Assembly: GCF_006345805.1 (NCBI RefSeq)
Contig: NC_042997.1
Location: forward strand, 126,542,001-126,606,000
Length of the DNA: 64,000 nucleotides
DNA from: Octopus sinensis
Lineage: Eukaryota
Direction of reading: 5' to 3'
Below are positions 62,858 through 64,000 of this stretch, piece after piece. The notes under the pieces were generated by a model. That model saw only the letters and a list, made by a program, of their open reading frames with translations. It was not told the DNA's origin and did not search any database. The stretch's first letter is position 1. The number at the start of each line of letters is the position of its first letter. A program made the translations under genes and the position numbers.

Positions 62858-64000
62858 CAGATGGTGAAGTGGGCTGAATAGGAAGAGATGTAGTACAACC
62901 CCACATTATATATGGATGGGTAGGGTAGTGTATAATGTGAAGGTGCATGGCTTAGTGGTTAGGATGTTGGACTCATGATCATTAGACTGTGGTTTCAATT
63001 CCTGGAATAATCCACTCAGCCAGTAAAGATGAATAATCCTGCCCTGGGCCGGCGTCCCCTTCAGGGAGGAATATACATGGAAACCAGGAAATTGGCTCTA
63101 TGCTCCTTATGGAGTGATGTGGACTAACTAGAGTGGTGCACAGAAAGATAAGGTGATGATGAGGTGCCAGGATATATTCACAAGGATACATGTTCAAGAG
63201 GGGACACAGAAGAATCAGGGTGGGGGTGGGGGTAAAGGTTGCTAGAGTACAATCATTCCTGACTCAAGCTTAACGATTTGAAAGGACAGAGGTAGGAGAG
63301 GCTAGCAAGATGGTGGTGGTGAAGGGTTTGAGGGAGGGGGATATTCAATATATTCTGACCGAGTGCTTTCAAATTAATTATGGGTGTCATGGTAAGGTGA
63401 AGAGAAGAAATGATGGGAAGAAGAAGTGTGTAGAGCATCTGTGGTGGGTAAGAGAGGATGGTGAGGAGTGGTGAAGGTATATAATAGGTAATAGACAAAG
63501 GGTAGGGTAACTATTCCATATTTTGAGGACTATTTTGCCAACCTGCATCTGAAGTCAGGTCTCCTCCAGATAAATATATCATCATCATCATCATCATCAT
63601 TGTCGTCGGCGTTTAATGTCCGCTTTCCATGCTGGCATGGGTTTGATGGTTTGATTGAAGACTGGCAAGCTAGAAGGCTGTACCAGGCTCCAACCTGATC
63701 GGACAAGGTTTCTACAGTTGGATGCCCTTCCTAACACCACACCCTTCCTAACGCCATGTATATTTGTGAGTGAGTGGGCAAACAAAAAAAGAGCACTCAA
63801 CCAATTTATTGGGAGTTACATGAATGGTTCAAAATGGTTTGATTTAAATTCGTTGGAACTCTTGAGTTTCAAGTGTAATGCAAGTTATCAGCCATTTTGA
63901 ATTTCAAAATGGCTGATGACTAGCATCACACCTGAAACTCAAGAGTACCAACAAGTTTGAATCAAACTGTTTTGAACCATACATACATGTGTGTGTGTGT

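Overview
AT-rich eukaryotic genomic DNA, very dense in microsatellites and SINEs. The SINE families, recognised from memory and not by database search, point to an octopod cephalopod (Octopus sp.). The window is almost entirely intronic. Six + strand exons with GT-AG boundaries (4064-4185, 12043-12133, 13903-14109, 15837-15997, 19111-19237, 25946-26014) splice in phase into 777 nt / 259 codons resembling the MUN/MHD1 region of a BAIAP3/Munc13-4 (UNC13D)-family vesicle-priming protein. No further exon could be confidently assigned in the last 38 kb. The rest is a mosaic of five SINE families (my labels A-E), fragments of RTE and R4-type LINEs, mariner, maT and hAT relics, a Helitron, a Helentron-like element, long inverted repeats and three recent tandem duplications. 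Nearly all ORFs in the supplied track are microsatellite or SINE translation artefacts. The most interesting candidate is a head-to-head pair of elements at 61.1-61.6 kb. Each carries a degenerate minimal type I hammerhead-ribozyme motif, and one has a tRNA-like B-box head, suggesting a Pol III SINE/retrozyme family. Also notable are a G-U-rich pre-miRNA-like hairpin (26935-27048), a dimeric SINE bounded by target-site duplications (TSDs), and many intronic dsRNA-forming repeats that could be ADAR substrates. There are no CRISPR arrays, rRNA genes or intact tRNA genes. Repeat boundaries are approximate (about +/-20 bp).
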